The notes under the pieces: generated by a model
What the model was told of the DNA's origin: nothing
Seen by the model: the letters and a program-made list of their open reading frames with translations, nothing else
Databases searched by the model: none
Shown: positions 20,254-29,846 of the stretch, piece by piece
How positions within the stretch are numbered: position 1 is the first letter of the stretch
Layout: every line of letters begins with the position of its first letter
Assembly: GCA_964570665.1 (NCBI GenBank)
Contig: CAZMZH010000002.1
Location: 301,642-365,641, forward strand
Length of the DNA stretch: 64,000 bases
Direction: 5' to 3'
From: an uncultured Nitrospinota bacterium
GTDB lineage: Bacteria; Nitrospinota; Nitrospinia; Nitrospinales; JAJDAT01
Position numbers and translations under genes: made by a program

Positions 20254-21708
20254 CTAACCGGATTTAGAAAGCGAAAGCAATAAAGGTTCCCGACCAGAAG
20301 TTTTTAAACGCTTTAGGCTGGATTTTGCTTCAGTTATTGCCTCAAATGGACCTACATAGACTACATGCCAGATTTGCCCTGACGAGTTGATTTTTTTCCA
20401 ATAGGTTTTAAATCCCTCAGCTTTCAATATCCTTGCATTGTCTTCGGCGGTTTTTTGATTGCTAAAAGCGTAAACCTGTATTCTATAATCCCCTTTACCT
20501 CTTGGTTCCATGGAATCGAGAGGCGAATTGTTTGAAGGAACCACGGGTTTTAAATTATCATTAGTTTGAATGAAATCTTTTTTGATTTCATCAATATTTT
20601 GAGATTTTTCGAGGTTTTGAGCGTTTACTTGAGAGGGAACGTTTTGTGATAAATCTTTTCTCGAACTTGCATTGCCATCGTTTGATTGGTTTGAAAAAAA
20701 GAAAATTAATCCCGCGACAAAAAATAGAATAGAAAACGCTAAACTTATATTTTCTTTAAATATATCCTTCCAAGAACGCTCGATTGAATCGCCGCCAGAA
20801 AGGCTTTTTATTCCTTGTTTTACATGACTGGTTTCAATGGAATCAGTTTGCGCATTAAAAGCCGAAAGAAGAGCTCGATCGCTTACCAGATTGATGAGCC
20901 TAGGATAACCTTTTGAATAGTTATAGATTGTTTTTAAGGCCGAAGAATTAAAACGAATGCGGGAAATGGTCCCAGCAATCATCACTCGATGATTTACATA
21001 ATTATAGGTTTCTTCTCGAGTCAATGGAGGAATTTGATAGCGGATAGAAATTCTTTGGTTCAATTGTTTTAATTCGGGACGATTCAATTTTTCCGTTAAT
21101 TCCAGTTGTCCGACGAAAATGATTTGTAGTAATTTTTCTTTTTCAGTTTCAAGGTTGGATAAAATCCGGACTTGTTCCATCACGTCCAAAGAAAGGTTTT
21201 GAGCCTCGTCGATTATCAAAACGGTCGATTTATTTTCTTCATGTTGTCTCAATAAAAAAGCGTTTAGAACGTCTATTAATTCTTTTTTAGAAAGACAATC
21301 TATTAAAGATTTTTCTTCAAGAGATTTTAAGTTATTCCCACCCACTGCGTTGGGCGCCATTTGCCCAGGGTCTCCAGGGATAACGTCGACAGGAGTGTGC
21401 GCTAAATACAAGCTAGGATCTATTCTTAGGTCGTATAGACAGGTGCGAAGTAAATCGATATCCGAAAGCATTGGATTTAAAATGAGAGCGACTTGAACGG
21501 TATTATCTAGACGGTCAAGTAAGCAACGGCACAAAGTCGTTTTACCGGTTCCTACATCGCCCACAATGGTCATGAAACCTTCTTTTTGTTTTATGCCATA
21601 TGACATATGATCCAAAGCTCCTTGATGTTGTTTACTTAGATATAGAAACTTTGGGTCTGGCGTTAAACTAAAGGGTTTTTCTTTTAAACCATAAAAGCTT
21701 TCGTACAT
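20254..21708 (-). CDS. ExeA/MshM-like AAA ATPase fused to a C-terminal SPOR domain
   Basis: Walker A GDVGTGKTT, Walker B VLIIDEAQNL, one TM (ISLAFSILFFVAGLIFFF). C-terminal SPOR-like block YRIQVYAFSNQKTAEDNARILKAEGFKTYW...WHVVYVGPFEAITEAKSSLKRLK. Confidence 0.8.
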   Translation of the reverse strand: MYESFYGLKEKPFSLTPDPKFLYLSKQHQGALDHMSYGIKQKEGFMTIVGDVGTGKTTLCRCLLDRLDNTVQVALILNPMLSDIDLLRTCLYDLRIDPSLYLAHTPVDVIPGDPGQMAPNAVGGNNLKSLEEKSLIDCLSKKELIDVLNAFLLRQHEENKSTVLIIDEAQNLSLDVMEQVRILSNLETEKEKLLQIIFVGQLELTEKLNRPELKQLNQRISIRYQIPPLTREETYNYVNHRVMIAGTISRIRFNSSALKTIYNYSKGYPRLINLVSDRALLSAFNAQTDSIETSHVKQGIKSLSGGDSIERSWKDIFKENISLAFSILFFVAGLIFFFSNQSNDGNASSRKDLSQNVPSQVNAQNLEKSQNIDEIKKDFIQTNDNLKPVVPSNNSPLDSMEPRGKGDYRIQVYAFSNQKTAEDNARILKAEGFKTYWKKINSSGQIWHVVYVGPFEAITEAKSSLKRLKTSGREPLLLSLSKSG

Positions 21709-21774
21709 AGGTAACCAAAAAAAGTGTAAAAAAAATATTAAAGGTCAAAAAGGCGTTTTGGGCCTTTTATAGAT

Positions 21775-23790
21775 TCAATTAAACTTGACTCCCATTTTTT
21801 TTGCATTCAGGGATTCGGCAAGGACTCGTTCGTCGATTTTTTTCCCGGCTAAAACTTCAGGAGTTAACAAAATTACTAATTCGGTTTTTTCGGTGGTTTC
21901 TAATTCTCGTTGAAATAAGCGTCCAAAAATTGGTAGATCTTCCAAAAGAGGCACCCCATTTGTTCCCGTAGTTTTCCGATCTTGCATCAAGCCACCGATA
22001 ATGATTGTTTGGCCATTTTGGGATAATACGACGTTGTTAGCTTCTCGAACATTTAGAATAGGAACGCGGTTAATTCCATCTGGAGAAACAGCCGTTCCAG
22101 TACGTTCTGAAATACTGGTGTTAATACTCATCATGACTTGTCCATTGATATTTATTTGTGGCAACACGTCTAAAATGATACCCACCGTTACGGTGGCAGG
22201 TTGAAAAGTTGTTGAAGATGCGGTTGTAGTTGTCGCTGGAGTTACTTCTGGAACGAAGAAAACATCTTCAGTGCCAACTTTAATTACGGCGCGTTGATTA
22301 TTTAGCGTTGCAATCTTGGGGCTTGAAAGCACGGATACAGAGCCTTGATTCTGTAATGCTTCCACAACTAAATTCAATTTAGCATTGCTAATTCCGTAAG
22401 TTAAGTTAGAAGTCCCTTGTATTAACGATGTAGCTGGATTAGAAGCTAATCCATCATGGATGATACTTATGGGAGTTACAGTACTCCAATCAATACCTAA
22501 CCGGTATTCATCGTTAAGATTGACTTCCAAAATTTGCGCCTGAATATAAACTTGACGTTGGGTCGAACCTTCGACGGCTTCTAAATATTCTGCGACTTTA
22601 AGTAATTGTTCGGGGAAGTCCTTTACTATTATTAATCCCGCTTGTTTATTGATAGAAACAAAACCATTTTCCGTTGATCCATCGGCCCCACCAGCATCTT
22701 CCTCAGCTTCGGCGTCGCCCGGAGCTGCGGCAGGGGTTGCGGCTCCGCCACCTAATGCCCCTAGAGCTGCGCTGAGAGGACTTCCGCCAGCGTCTGGGGA
22801 GGCTCCTGCAGCTGGAACTGCGGCAGATGCATCGGCGCCAGTTTCTCCAACTCCGTCAATACTAGCTCCTGGGCTAAGAAATTGTCTCAAACCGGTTGTG
22901 ATTTCGTTCCATAAATCGGTTTCTTCCGAAGAAAGTAAACTACTCGTTGTTCGAGCGTTTCCTGAACCGCTTGAACTTCCTGAAATTCCAGCTCCAGAAA
23001 TTTGAGAGCCACTGGAAGATTGAAGGTTACTGCTACCTTGCCGACGCGAAATAATATAATTCAAATGGAATATTCGAGTTTCCATTTTATCGGCAGTTAC
23101 CCGAATATAGTCTTTTTCAATTGTGTACTTTAGTTTTAATGGAGTTAATAAAGCTTCTAATACCTCAGTAAGCGGGACATCTTTTAAATCCATAGAAGCT
23201 TTTTGATTAATGGTTGGATCAATTAAAATATTTTGATCAATTTCCTTTGAGATCGAAAAAAGGATTGTCTTTATATCGACATCTTTTGCAGAGATACTAA
23301 ACTTTGGTCCTCTTTCTCTGAGTTTTCTCGTTTCGGTATCGCTTTGGGTTAAAAGAATTTCTAGGGGATCTTCTTCAGATTGCGATTTTTTATTTGATTT
23401 ATCTCCCCTAAAGCCTTTGCCAGTCATGGGTTCTAATTCGTCGTCTAAACTAGCTTCAGGGTATAAAAACGATTGCTGGGTTTCGACTAAACTTCTAAGA
23501 GGAGATCTCCGTTTTTTCTTTTTGCCGCTGCTTTTTTTATACGTTTTAGATACTTTGGTATTTTCAAAATCTTCATCCCAGTCTTCGTTAGATTCTGATT
23601 CTTCTGTTTTATCAGCTTTTACGGAAAGAGCGGCCTCTTGCGAGTTTGGCTGTTTTTCGTTCTCCTTGTAGGCAATTTTGTTTGATATACAGGCTGAAAG
23701 GAAAAAAATTACTAAGAAAAGTAATGAGTTTATTTTGTGAGTTGGATATTTTAATAACCCATTAATTTTACGAACAAGGCAGGAGGGCAT
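21775..23790 (-). CDS. Type II/IV secretin, lipoprotein form (MshL/PilQ-like)
   Basis: Lipobox LVIFFLSAC. Secretin C-domain (VSVLSSPKIATLNNQRAVIKVG...GVPLLEDLPIFGRLFQ...ELVILLTPEVL). Contains a ~110-aa Ser/Gly/Ala/Pro-rich insert. Confidence 0.85.
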   Translation of the reverse strand: MPSCLVRKINGLLKYPTHKINSLLFLVIFFLSACISNKIAYKENEKQPNSQEAALSVKADKTEESESNEDWDEDFENTKVSKTYKKSSGKKKKRRSPLRSLVETQQSFLYPEASLDDELEPMTGKGFRGDKSNKKSQSEEDPLEILLTQSDTETRKLRERGPKFSISAKDVDIKTILFSISKEIDQNILIDPTINQKASMDLKDVPLTEVLEALLTPLKLKYTIEKDYIRVTADKMETRIFHLNYIISRRQGSSNLQSSSGSQISGAGISGSSSGSGNARTTSSLLSSEETDLWNEITTGLRQFLSPGASIDGVGETGADASAAVPAAGASPDAGGSPLSAALGALGGGAATPAAAPGDAEAEEDAGGADGSTENGFVSINKQAGLIIVKDFPEQLLKVAEYLEAVEGSTQRQVYIQAQILEVNLNDEYRLGIDWSTVTPISIIHDGLASNPATSLIQGTSNLTYGISNAKLNLVVEALQNQGSVSVLSSPKIATLNNQRAVIKVGTEDVFFVPEVTPATTTTASSTTFQPATVTVGIILDVLPQININGQVMMSINTSISERTGTAVSPDGINRVPILNVREANNVVLSQNGQTIIIGGLMQDRKTTGTNGVPLLEDLPIFGRLFQRELETTEKTELVILLTPEVLAGKKIDERVLAESLNAKKMGVKFN

Positions 23791-24105
23791 TTATCGGTTT
23801 TATTTTAGGTTAATTAAATTTACATGTAATTACATAAAATTATACCAAATAATAATACATTAATTTTGTCAAATAGTCTAAAAAAAATTGATTTTATTGA
23901 AGTTATTAAGTTTTTGAGTGGATTTGGAGATTTGATGAAAAAGAGCTGTTTTAGGTGAAAATTACGGAAAGGGTGGTTATTGAATAATAGAAATATTTAT
24001 AAAGATGAAACAAGTAATTAATTTTTTTGAATTTATTGAATATTTTTTGATGTATCAGGGGATTAGAGAAGCCTGGCGGAGTTTATTTCAAGGGTTAGGA
24101 TATTT

Positions 24106-24618
24106 TCAATTTTGTTCTCTATTAACCTTAATTCTAAAAAAATTATTTTTTAAAGTTAACGTAATACGTTCCGCGTCGTTTTCAAGTATTACTCGATCAT
24201 TTGAAATTGCGACCACTTTTTTGCCAAAGGCAATATCTCCAACCTCAAAATTAAAGTTGTTAATAGTGGCGATTCGATTTTTTTTGGTAATTGTAACGGC
24301 CTGTAAACTGGGTTCCCCTTCAGGTTCTTCGGGTTTTGCTTCATTTACTAGTTCAGATTTTAAATAAACGCCCTCAGGTAATAAAAAAGGATTTCGTACT
24401 TCTTCCTCTTCAACTTGAATAGGGGGTTGTGGCGACATTGAAAAATTATCTTGAGGCTTGGTTTGTATGGAAAGTGGATTCTCTGCAGGAGGTGGGAGTT
24501 TGCCTGTTTTGGATAAAGGTGGTTGGTTATTTGTTTGTTGAGAAAACGATGGAGAGGAGAAAACCAAAAAAGAGATAAATAAAAAAACCAAAAATAAAAT
24601 TGAGCGTGATGAGATCAT
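24106..24618 (-). CDS. Small periplasmic pilus-assembly protein (PilP/MshK-like)
   Basis: Signal peptide (ILFLVFLFISFLVFSSPSFSQ), Pro-rich linker, C-terminal beta-rich block (ATINNFNFEVGDIAFGKKVVAISNDRVILEN). 4-nt overlap with the upstream gene. Call rests mainly on position. Confidence 0.45.
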   Translation of the reverse strand: MISSRSILFLVFLFISFLVFSSPSFSQQTNNQPPLSKTGKLPPPAENPLSIQTKPQDNFSMSPQPPIQVEEEEVRNPFLLPEGVYLKSELVNEAKPEEPEGEPSLQAVTITKKNRIATINNFNFEVGDIAFGKKVVAISNDRVILENDAERITLTLKNNFFRIKVNREQN

Positions 24619-25199
24619 ACAAGTGCGTATAATTTTAGGGTTAGCTTTGTTTGAATATTTGGTAAAAACTCATCTTTTCTTTTGACTTCTATTGTGTCTA
24701 AAAAAATAATTGCGGGAATTTTCTCTAAACCTTCAATAAAACTAGCAATAGCTTTATAGTCGCTGTGAATCACCATTGTCACAGTCACTTCTTTATACCT
24801 CAATTTTCCTTTTTTTATTTCTTCGTCGGTGGTTTTAGTCGATTTTAGTATCGCTTTACTTTTTTCGGCTTCTGCGTTCATGGCATTTAATATTTCGAGA
24901 TAACTTCCTCTCATTCTACTTTTGGCAAATTTTATATCTTTTTTAAGTTGAGCGTTTTTTTCATTTAATTTGGCGATCTTTTTTTCAATGTTTTTTACCT
25001 TAGCGCCCGCAGGAATTGTTTTCGCCAGGGAATTTAGCGCAATATTAGTTTTATTTATTTGACCGGTAATCTTTTTAAGTTTTTTCTCTCGGACTTCATA
25101 TTCCAGTTTAAAAAAACCTAGACCGACTATAACCAATGTCATTACAACCAATATGACTTTTTCCCTTGGGGTAAGTTTTTTTAAATCAAGTTTATTCAT
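24615..25199 (-). CDS. PilO/MshJ-like pilus assembly protein
   Basis: N-terminal TM (VILVVMTLVIVGLGFF), coiled coil, C-terminal globular part. 4-nt overlaps on both sides. Confidence 0.55.
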   Translation of the reverse strand: MNKLDLKKLTPREKVILVVMTLVIVGLGFFKLEYEVREKKLKKITGQINKTNIALNSLAKTIPAGAKVKNIEKKIAKLNEKNAQLKKDIKFAKSRMRGSYLEILNAMNAEAEKSKAILKSTKTTDEEIKKGKLRYKEVTVTMVIHSDYKAIASFIEGLEKIPAIIFLDTIEVKRKDEFLPNIQTKLTLKLYALV

Positions 25200-27031
25200 G
25201 AGGTGGATTTAGGTGTAGGTTTTTTTGTTGGTTTTCTAAGCGATAAATTCTCCGATTCTTTAGGGAAAGCGGAGATTTTAAACTTAAGACCTGGGCTAGT
25301 GTAAATTTCGGTTCCTTCAGCTTTTGTGTCTTCTAATTTAAAAATAGTAAATAAAGGAGATTCTTTAAGACTATTTAGAAAATTTGTGAGAGCTTGTAAT
25401 GAGGTTCTTTCGTTTCCAAATAAAATACCTTTAAGATAAATATCTCCCCTTTTGTTGTCCCTTTTATCCCTTTTGGCTTTGTAAACTAATTTTAGTAGAG
25501 ACGTTTCAGGGGGAAGTATTTTTGCCAATTCATTTAAAATTTCTTTAATATCGACAACTCTATAAACCCCTGGAAGTTTTCTAAGTTCTTTTTCTAAAGA
25601 TTCTCTTTTAGCGGTAATTTTTCCTAAAGTCGCCACGGGGTTTTGTGCCGCTTCGGCAGCGGCTTGCAAAGTTGCTAACTGTTGCTGCACTCTATCCAAT
25701 CTTTTTTCTGCGGCGGTTACTTTTCCTCTTATGCTAGAGCTAACTAACATCAATGCAATTATAAATATAGGAATTAAAGAATAGGGAGCCCATTTAACAA
25801 TGTCTTTTTTAACGGAATAGCGCAGTTCTTCAGGCAGTACGTTAATTCGACCAGATTTACCTAGGGCTAAACCGGCTGCTGTGGTTAAGCTGGGACCTAA
25901 AAGTTTAGTATTTTCTTGCGATACGCTAGCTAAAGGCTGAGTTGATTGGAATAAAGGGTTACATCTTTCAATCGGGGCTTCTAAATTTCCAGAAAGAAAC
26001 TGATAAAAGCCCTTTAGACTGCCAGAACCGCCAGAAAGTATGACGCGATGAACGGCGTTTTGTTTATATTGATTTTTGAAGTAATCGATAGACCGCATAA
26101 ATTCTTCCAGCTGTTTTTCTACTATAGGAAGAATGCGTTCGCGGATATCAAGAAGAGGGATACCTTCTTGTGTGATTTCTAATGAATCTTCCGCAGGCAA
26201 TCCATAAGTTTTTTTGATCGTTTCCGCTCGTACTGCGTCCACAGTAACCTTAGTTGCGTCTTCCAAGGTGTAGTCGCCTGCAATAGCGGCTGTAACGTTC
26301 TTTCCTCCATTTGGTATTTCGCGTGAAAATCTTAATTCGCCGTCTATAACAAAATAAACCCTAGTCCTCTCGGCTCCCATATCGATATAGCTAGTTACCG
26401 TGCCAGGTTCCAACTGATTAAAGGAACTATCGTAATGCCATAACGCCAGAGGAATAATTGTGACTCCCAATGGTTTTAAACCCGCTTTTTCGGCGACAGA
26501 AACTAAGAATGGAACAATATCCGCTCTTACGATAACGCTTAATAATTGATAGTAGGATATGCCATCATCCTTTGTGACTTCGCCGGTAATATGATAATCG
26601 GCAAAGGCGTCTTCGACAGAAAAAAGAACTTCTTCTTTGGCGTTCCAACGGGTAGCGTCTAAAATTTCCTCTTTGGGTATTTTAGGTAGTTCCAAATGAC
26701 GGATAACAACGTTGTGTCCGCTAACAGTCAGATACACTTGATCTGTATCAAACTTTTTTTCCTCAAACATTTGCTTGATCATCTGACCAAGAGCTTGCGC
26801 GCGGTCGGGAAGAGATAAAACGGAAGGAGGAATCTCTTTTATCGCGAAATTAGTAATGTCAAACCCTGAGGCATGAGAAACTACTTCGACTATTTTTATT
26901 GAGTGGAACCCTATATCTAATCCAACGCTCTTTCCAATGGAACCTTTACCAAGTCCCGGAATCTTAATAGATGGCGTTTTGAACGGAAGTTTAAAAGGAA
27001 GTTTTATGGGTGGAAGTTTTAGTTTGCTCAT
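25196..27031 (-). CDS. PilM-PilN fusion protein (MshI-like)
   Basis: Actin-like ATPase PilM region (VGLDIGFHSIKIVEV...YIDMGAERTRVYFV...ILSGGSGSLKG). Then a TM (WAPYSLIPIFIIALMLVSS) and a PilN-like coiled-coil/periplasmic region. Confidence 0.8.
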   Translation of the reverse strand: MSKLKLPPIKLPFKLPFKTPSIKIPGLGKGSIGKSVGLDIGFHSIKIVEVVSHASGFDITNFAIKEIPPSVLSLPDRAQALGQMIKQMFEEKKFDTDQVYLTVSGHNVVIRHLELPKIPKEEILDATRWNAKEEVLFSVEDAFADYHITGEVTKDDGISYYQLLSVIVRADIVPFLVSVAEKAGLKPLGVTIIPLALWHYDSSFNQLEPGTVTSYIDMGAERTRVYFVIDGELRFSREIPNGGKNVTAAIAGDYTLEDATKVTVDAVRAETIKKTYGLPAEDSLEITQEGIPLLDIRERILPIVEKQLEEFMRSIDYFKNQYKQNAVHRVILSGGSGSLKGFYQFLSGNLEAPIERCNPLFQSTQPLASVSQENTKLLGPSLTTAAGLALGKSGRINVLPEELRYSVKKDIVKWAPYSLIPIFIIALMLVSSSIRGKVTAAEKRLDRVQQQLATLQAAAEAAQNPVATLGKITAKRESLEKELRKLPGVYRVVDIKEILNELAKILPPETSLLKLVYKAKRDKRDNKRGDIYLKGILFGNERTSLQALTNFLNSLKESPLFTIFKLEDTKAEGTEIYTSPGLKFKISAFPKESENLSLRKPTKKPTPKSTS

Positions 27032-27169
27032 AACTCATTCAAAAAAAAGGCAGTATCTTATTTTGAATTATGGCACAACTTCCCCGTTGGGGTCTAGTTT
27101 TTTTGCGATGAGGGCAAAAAAACTTTAAAAATTGGAGGGAATTAAATGATTTGGATGAAAAAAAGTGGA

Positions 27170-28381
27170 CTAACCTGAATAGTCTGGCGGCAGCAAAACT
27201 CCTCCAGCTCCGCCCTGGCATTCGTCAAACCCTGTGGCTTCTGAACCGGCTAAACTGCCGTAAGTAAGGTTGGAATTATTTTGTAGGGTGACGTTGTCTC
27301 CTAATATTGCGCCGTAGGAATCGTTATTATTTTCGATAGAAATATCATTATTTGCAATGATACCACCCACGTAAACTGTGGAGTTTTCAATGGTGGCATC
27401 TTTACCGGCTAATACCAATACGTCTTCGACTCCAATTAAAGGAGTTTGATTTAAACCATTAACTTGGTTGATTTTGGCGGTGTTTTGTAGCTTAAAATCG
27501 TCGTTATTATGTAAAGTCAATGTTCCAGCTTTGTTTGTGCTGTCATTAAGGTCAAAATCGGCATTTCCTTCAATGGTAATTTTACCCTCAACTTTAAAGA
27601 CAACTTTGGCGTTATTTCTAATCTTAATAGAACTTTGTTGTTTAACGTTTAAATCATTTTCAATTTCAATAGTTCTGTCGCTAGAAATGGTAAATGTATC
27701 TGATCCATCAATCGTAAAGTTACAGAATTGAAAGTGGTTCAATTCCCCTGAAGTTACATGAGTTGCCGTATCAAAATCTGGATAAGTGGCATTCGGGCAT
27801 CCAGCGCCATCAACAACCACTGTAGATACTAAAGGAAGAGTACAAGATACTATCCCGGAACTAGCGTCGGTCTCGGCATTGTTAAGTATATTAATACTTG
27901 TGCAAGCAGAAACGGAGTTGGTTGAAAAGGCACATCCGCCAGCAGTGGAAATCGTCTTAGAAATGATTCTTTCGCCCATATTATATGTTCCTATAGAAGT
28001 AGCTCTAACAGACCCGGCGCTTTTAGCTGAAAATGTAACCGTAAATGCCCCACCGGATATAGGAACTGGAGTTGATAGGTCTGGAGTGGTTGCCCATGTG
28101 GAGCAACTAGATCCGCCTTGATTACACCAACAAGCGGCATTGGAAGGGTCTTTAATTAAACAACCTTCTACATATCTGATACCGGATTCGGCAATAAAAA
28201 AAGCGTTTGTTGAAGTCATGGTTAAGGCGCTGCCGGCATGTTTATGTTTTGATTCGACCCAAAAATTTAAAGCGACCGTTCCTAATACAACAATGGTAAT
28301 CACCGCTGCCATTAAAGCTGCGATACCAGATTGCCCTTTTATATGGCGAAAAAAATATTTTTCAAAGAAGCTCGATATCAT
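27170..28381 (-). CDS. Large PilX-N-like pilus-associated protein with Cys-rich and beta-helix-like regions
   Basis: N-terminus GQSGIAALMAAVITIVVLGTVALNF lacks Glu5, as PilX/MshP-type proteins do. The C-terminal half has repetitive N/D/G-rich beta-helix-like segments. Confidence 0.5.
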   Translation of the reverse strand: MISSFFEKYFFRHIKGQSGIAALMAAVITIVVLGTVALNFWVESKHKHAGSALTMTSTNAFFIAESGIRYVEGCLIKDPSNAACWCNQGGSSCSTWATTPDLSTPVPISGGAFTVTFSAKSAGSVRATSIGTYNMGERIISKTISTAGGCAFSTNSVSACTSINILNNAETDASSGIVSCTLPLVSTVVVDGAGCPNATYPDFDTATHVTSGELNHFQFCNFTIDGSDTFTISSDRTIEIENDLNVKQQSSIKIRNNAKVVFKVEGKITIEGNADFDLNDSTNKAGTLTLHNNDDFKLQNTAKINQVNGLNQTPLIGVEDVLVLAGKDATIENSTVYVGGIIANNDISIENNNDSYGAILGDNVTLQNNSNLTYGSLAGSEATGFDECQGGAGGVLLPPDYSG

Positions 28382-28890
28382 AAATATCCTCTAGGCCTCA
28401 CAGCGGCTTGAATCGAATAACTTTCTCCAGTGGATTTGGAAAGAGAAAGCGTAAAGCGAAATAAGTTAGCTTCTACAACCTCTACGGTAAAACCGGAAAC
28501 GTTGGTAGCTATGTTTTCGGCAGCGGCTCCCGTTCTAACTAGGTTTGTAGAGCTAACCGTGTAGGAAACAGATCTGGGATTGGTTGTGTCTTGCAATAAA
28601 GCGCCACGATCAAAATAGATAGAGTTATAAGTTGCGCCAATAGTGCAAGCTCCTAATAATGCTCCGCAAGCAATAGCAGGGGTGCCTTTGGCAAATCGGA
28701 TTTCCCGAACAAGATACTCCATGCCTAATTTAGCTTCGTCTACCATATCTTTCTTTTGAGCGTGCATTTGGTTGAGGTTAACAATATCCAATATATACTT
28801 CATCGATATTGTCCCCACCACAGATGCTAAGACGATGCTTATGATTATTTCGATAAGCGTAAAGCCTTTTTTGTTTTTTATTAATTTCAT
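28378..28890 (-). CDS. Prepilin-type (class III signal) minor pilin/pseudopilin
   Basis: MKLIKNKKG|FTLIEIIISIVLASVVG: G-1, F+1, E+5 prepilin peptidase motif. Confidence 0.78.
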   Translation of the reverse strand: MKLIKNKKGFTLIEIIISIVLASVVGTISMKYILDIVNLNQMHAQKKDMVDEAKLGMEYLVREIRFAKGTPAIACGALLGACTIGATYNSIYFDRGALLQDTTNPRSVSYTVSSTNLVRTGAAAENIATNVSGFTVEVVEANLFRFTLSLSKSTGESYSIQAAVRPRGYL

Positions 28891-28899
28891 AATTTGAAA

Positions 28900-29322
28900 T
28901 TATTGCGTAAAAAGATTGACGAAACTTAGCGGTTCCATTTCAGCATGGTCAATGGTCAACGTTAATTTTTTTCCAAATCCGGCAGCGCCTAGCGCAGTAT
29001 CTAAATCTCCTGCGGCTACGTCAATTACGGAGCAGCTTAAGGTGTATGCGGGTATCTGAGAGTCGGCACCATTTAAACTAGAGCAATCTGTGTTTATGGA
29101 AGAAACCGTTTTATCAACTAAAGTTTCCATATGTTTTTGAGCTAGAAATGAAGCTTTGACTACAATTTCAGGGGATTGCGTAAACTTTAGACTGGTGAAT
29201 GGAACCATGATGGCCGGTACCGAAATGCCTATGAGGACAATAGACATGATAACTTCCACCAAAGTGAAACCCTTATTTTCAAGAAAAATCCATTTAGGAA
29301 AAAACTTCGCTAGCATATTCAT
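28900..29322 (-). CDS. Prepilin-type minor pilin/pseudopilin
   Basis: ...LENKG|FTLVEVIMSIVLIGISV prepilin motif with E+5. Confidence 0.75.
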   Translation of the reverse strand: MNMLAKFFPKWIFLENKGFTLVEVIMSIVLIGISVPAIMVPFTSLKFTQSPEIVVKASFLAQKHMETLVDKTVSSINTDCSSLNGADSQIPAYTLSCSVIDVAAGDLDTALGAAGFGKKLTLTIDHAEMEPLSFVNLFTQ

Positions 29323-29330
29323 AATTTTGT

Positions 29331-29810
29331 CTATGGCTCGGTTATCTCAACAATTCCAGTATAGGGCTTGACCGTAATTGTGTATGTCACGGTTCCCATG
29401 CCTAAATTAAGAGCCCAAGGAGTTGCGCCGATTTCTGGCTCTCCGTGTTTGTTGAAATAAAGCGAGTTGGTTGTTATGGAATTTACGGTAACCTCTGGAG
29501 CAAACTCTCTTTGTTCGGCTAAGATTCCATTAGTGTCGACTAAGTTGTAGGTCCATTTTGATCCAACTTGGCTAAAAATGAGCCCTGCCTTGTTATCTCC
29601 AGTCCCCAAATTTCTTGTCATTCCTACTTCTTGGACTAGGCGAATATCGGATTCTAAGGCCTGCGCAGAAAGCGTTGGGTTAATAGAATCTACTTTTAGA
29701 TTGGGTACGGCAACTGCGGCAATAATGCCAATCAATAAAATTACAATGATGATTTCCATCATTGTAAAGCCAGAGGATGATTTAATTTTTTTATTTTCCT
29801 GAATTCTCAT
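29331..29810 (-). CDS. Prepilin-type pilin, first gene of the operon (possible major pilin)
   Basis: ...KSSSG|FTMMEIIIVILLIGIIAAVAVPNL prepilin motif with E+5. Confidence 0.8.
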   Translation of the reverse strand: MRIQENKKIKSSSGFTMMEIIIVILLIGIIAAVAVPNLKVDSINPTLSAQALESDIRLVQEVGMTRNLGTGDNKAGLIFSQVGSKWTYNLVDTNGILAEQREFAPEVTVNSITTNSLYFNKHGEPEIGATPWALNLGMGTVTYTITVKPYTGIVEITEP

Positions 29811-29846
29811 TGAAAACCCAATTCAAATTTTGTCTCTAAGTAAAAA

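Noticed and set aside
24005-24367. 120-aa plus-strand ORF, and the many other antisense ORFs listed inside fliG, the secretin gene, guaB, nrdJ, the PilX-like gene and others
   Set aside because: Each is fully or largely embedded antisense or out of frame within a gene that has strong family motifs. They are shadow ORFs.
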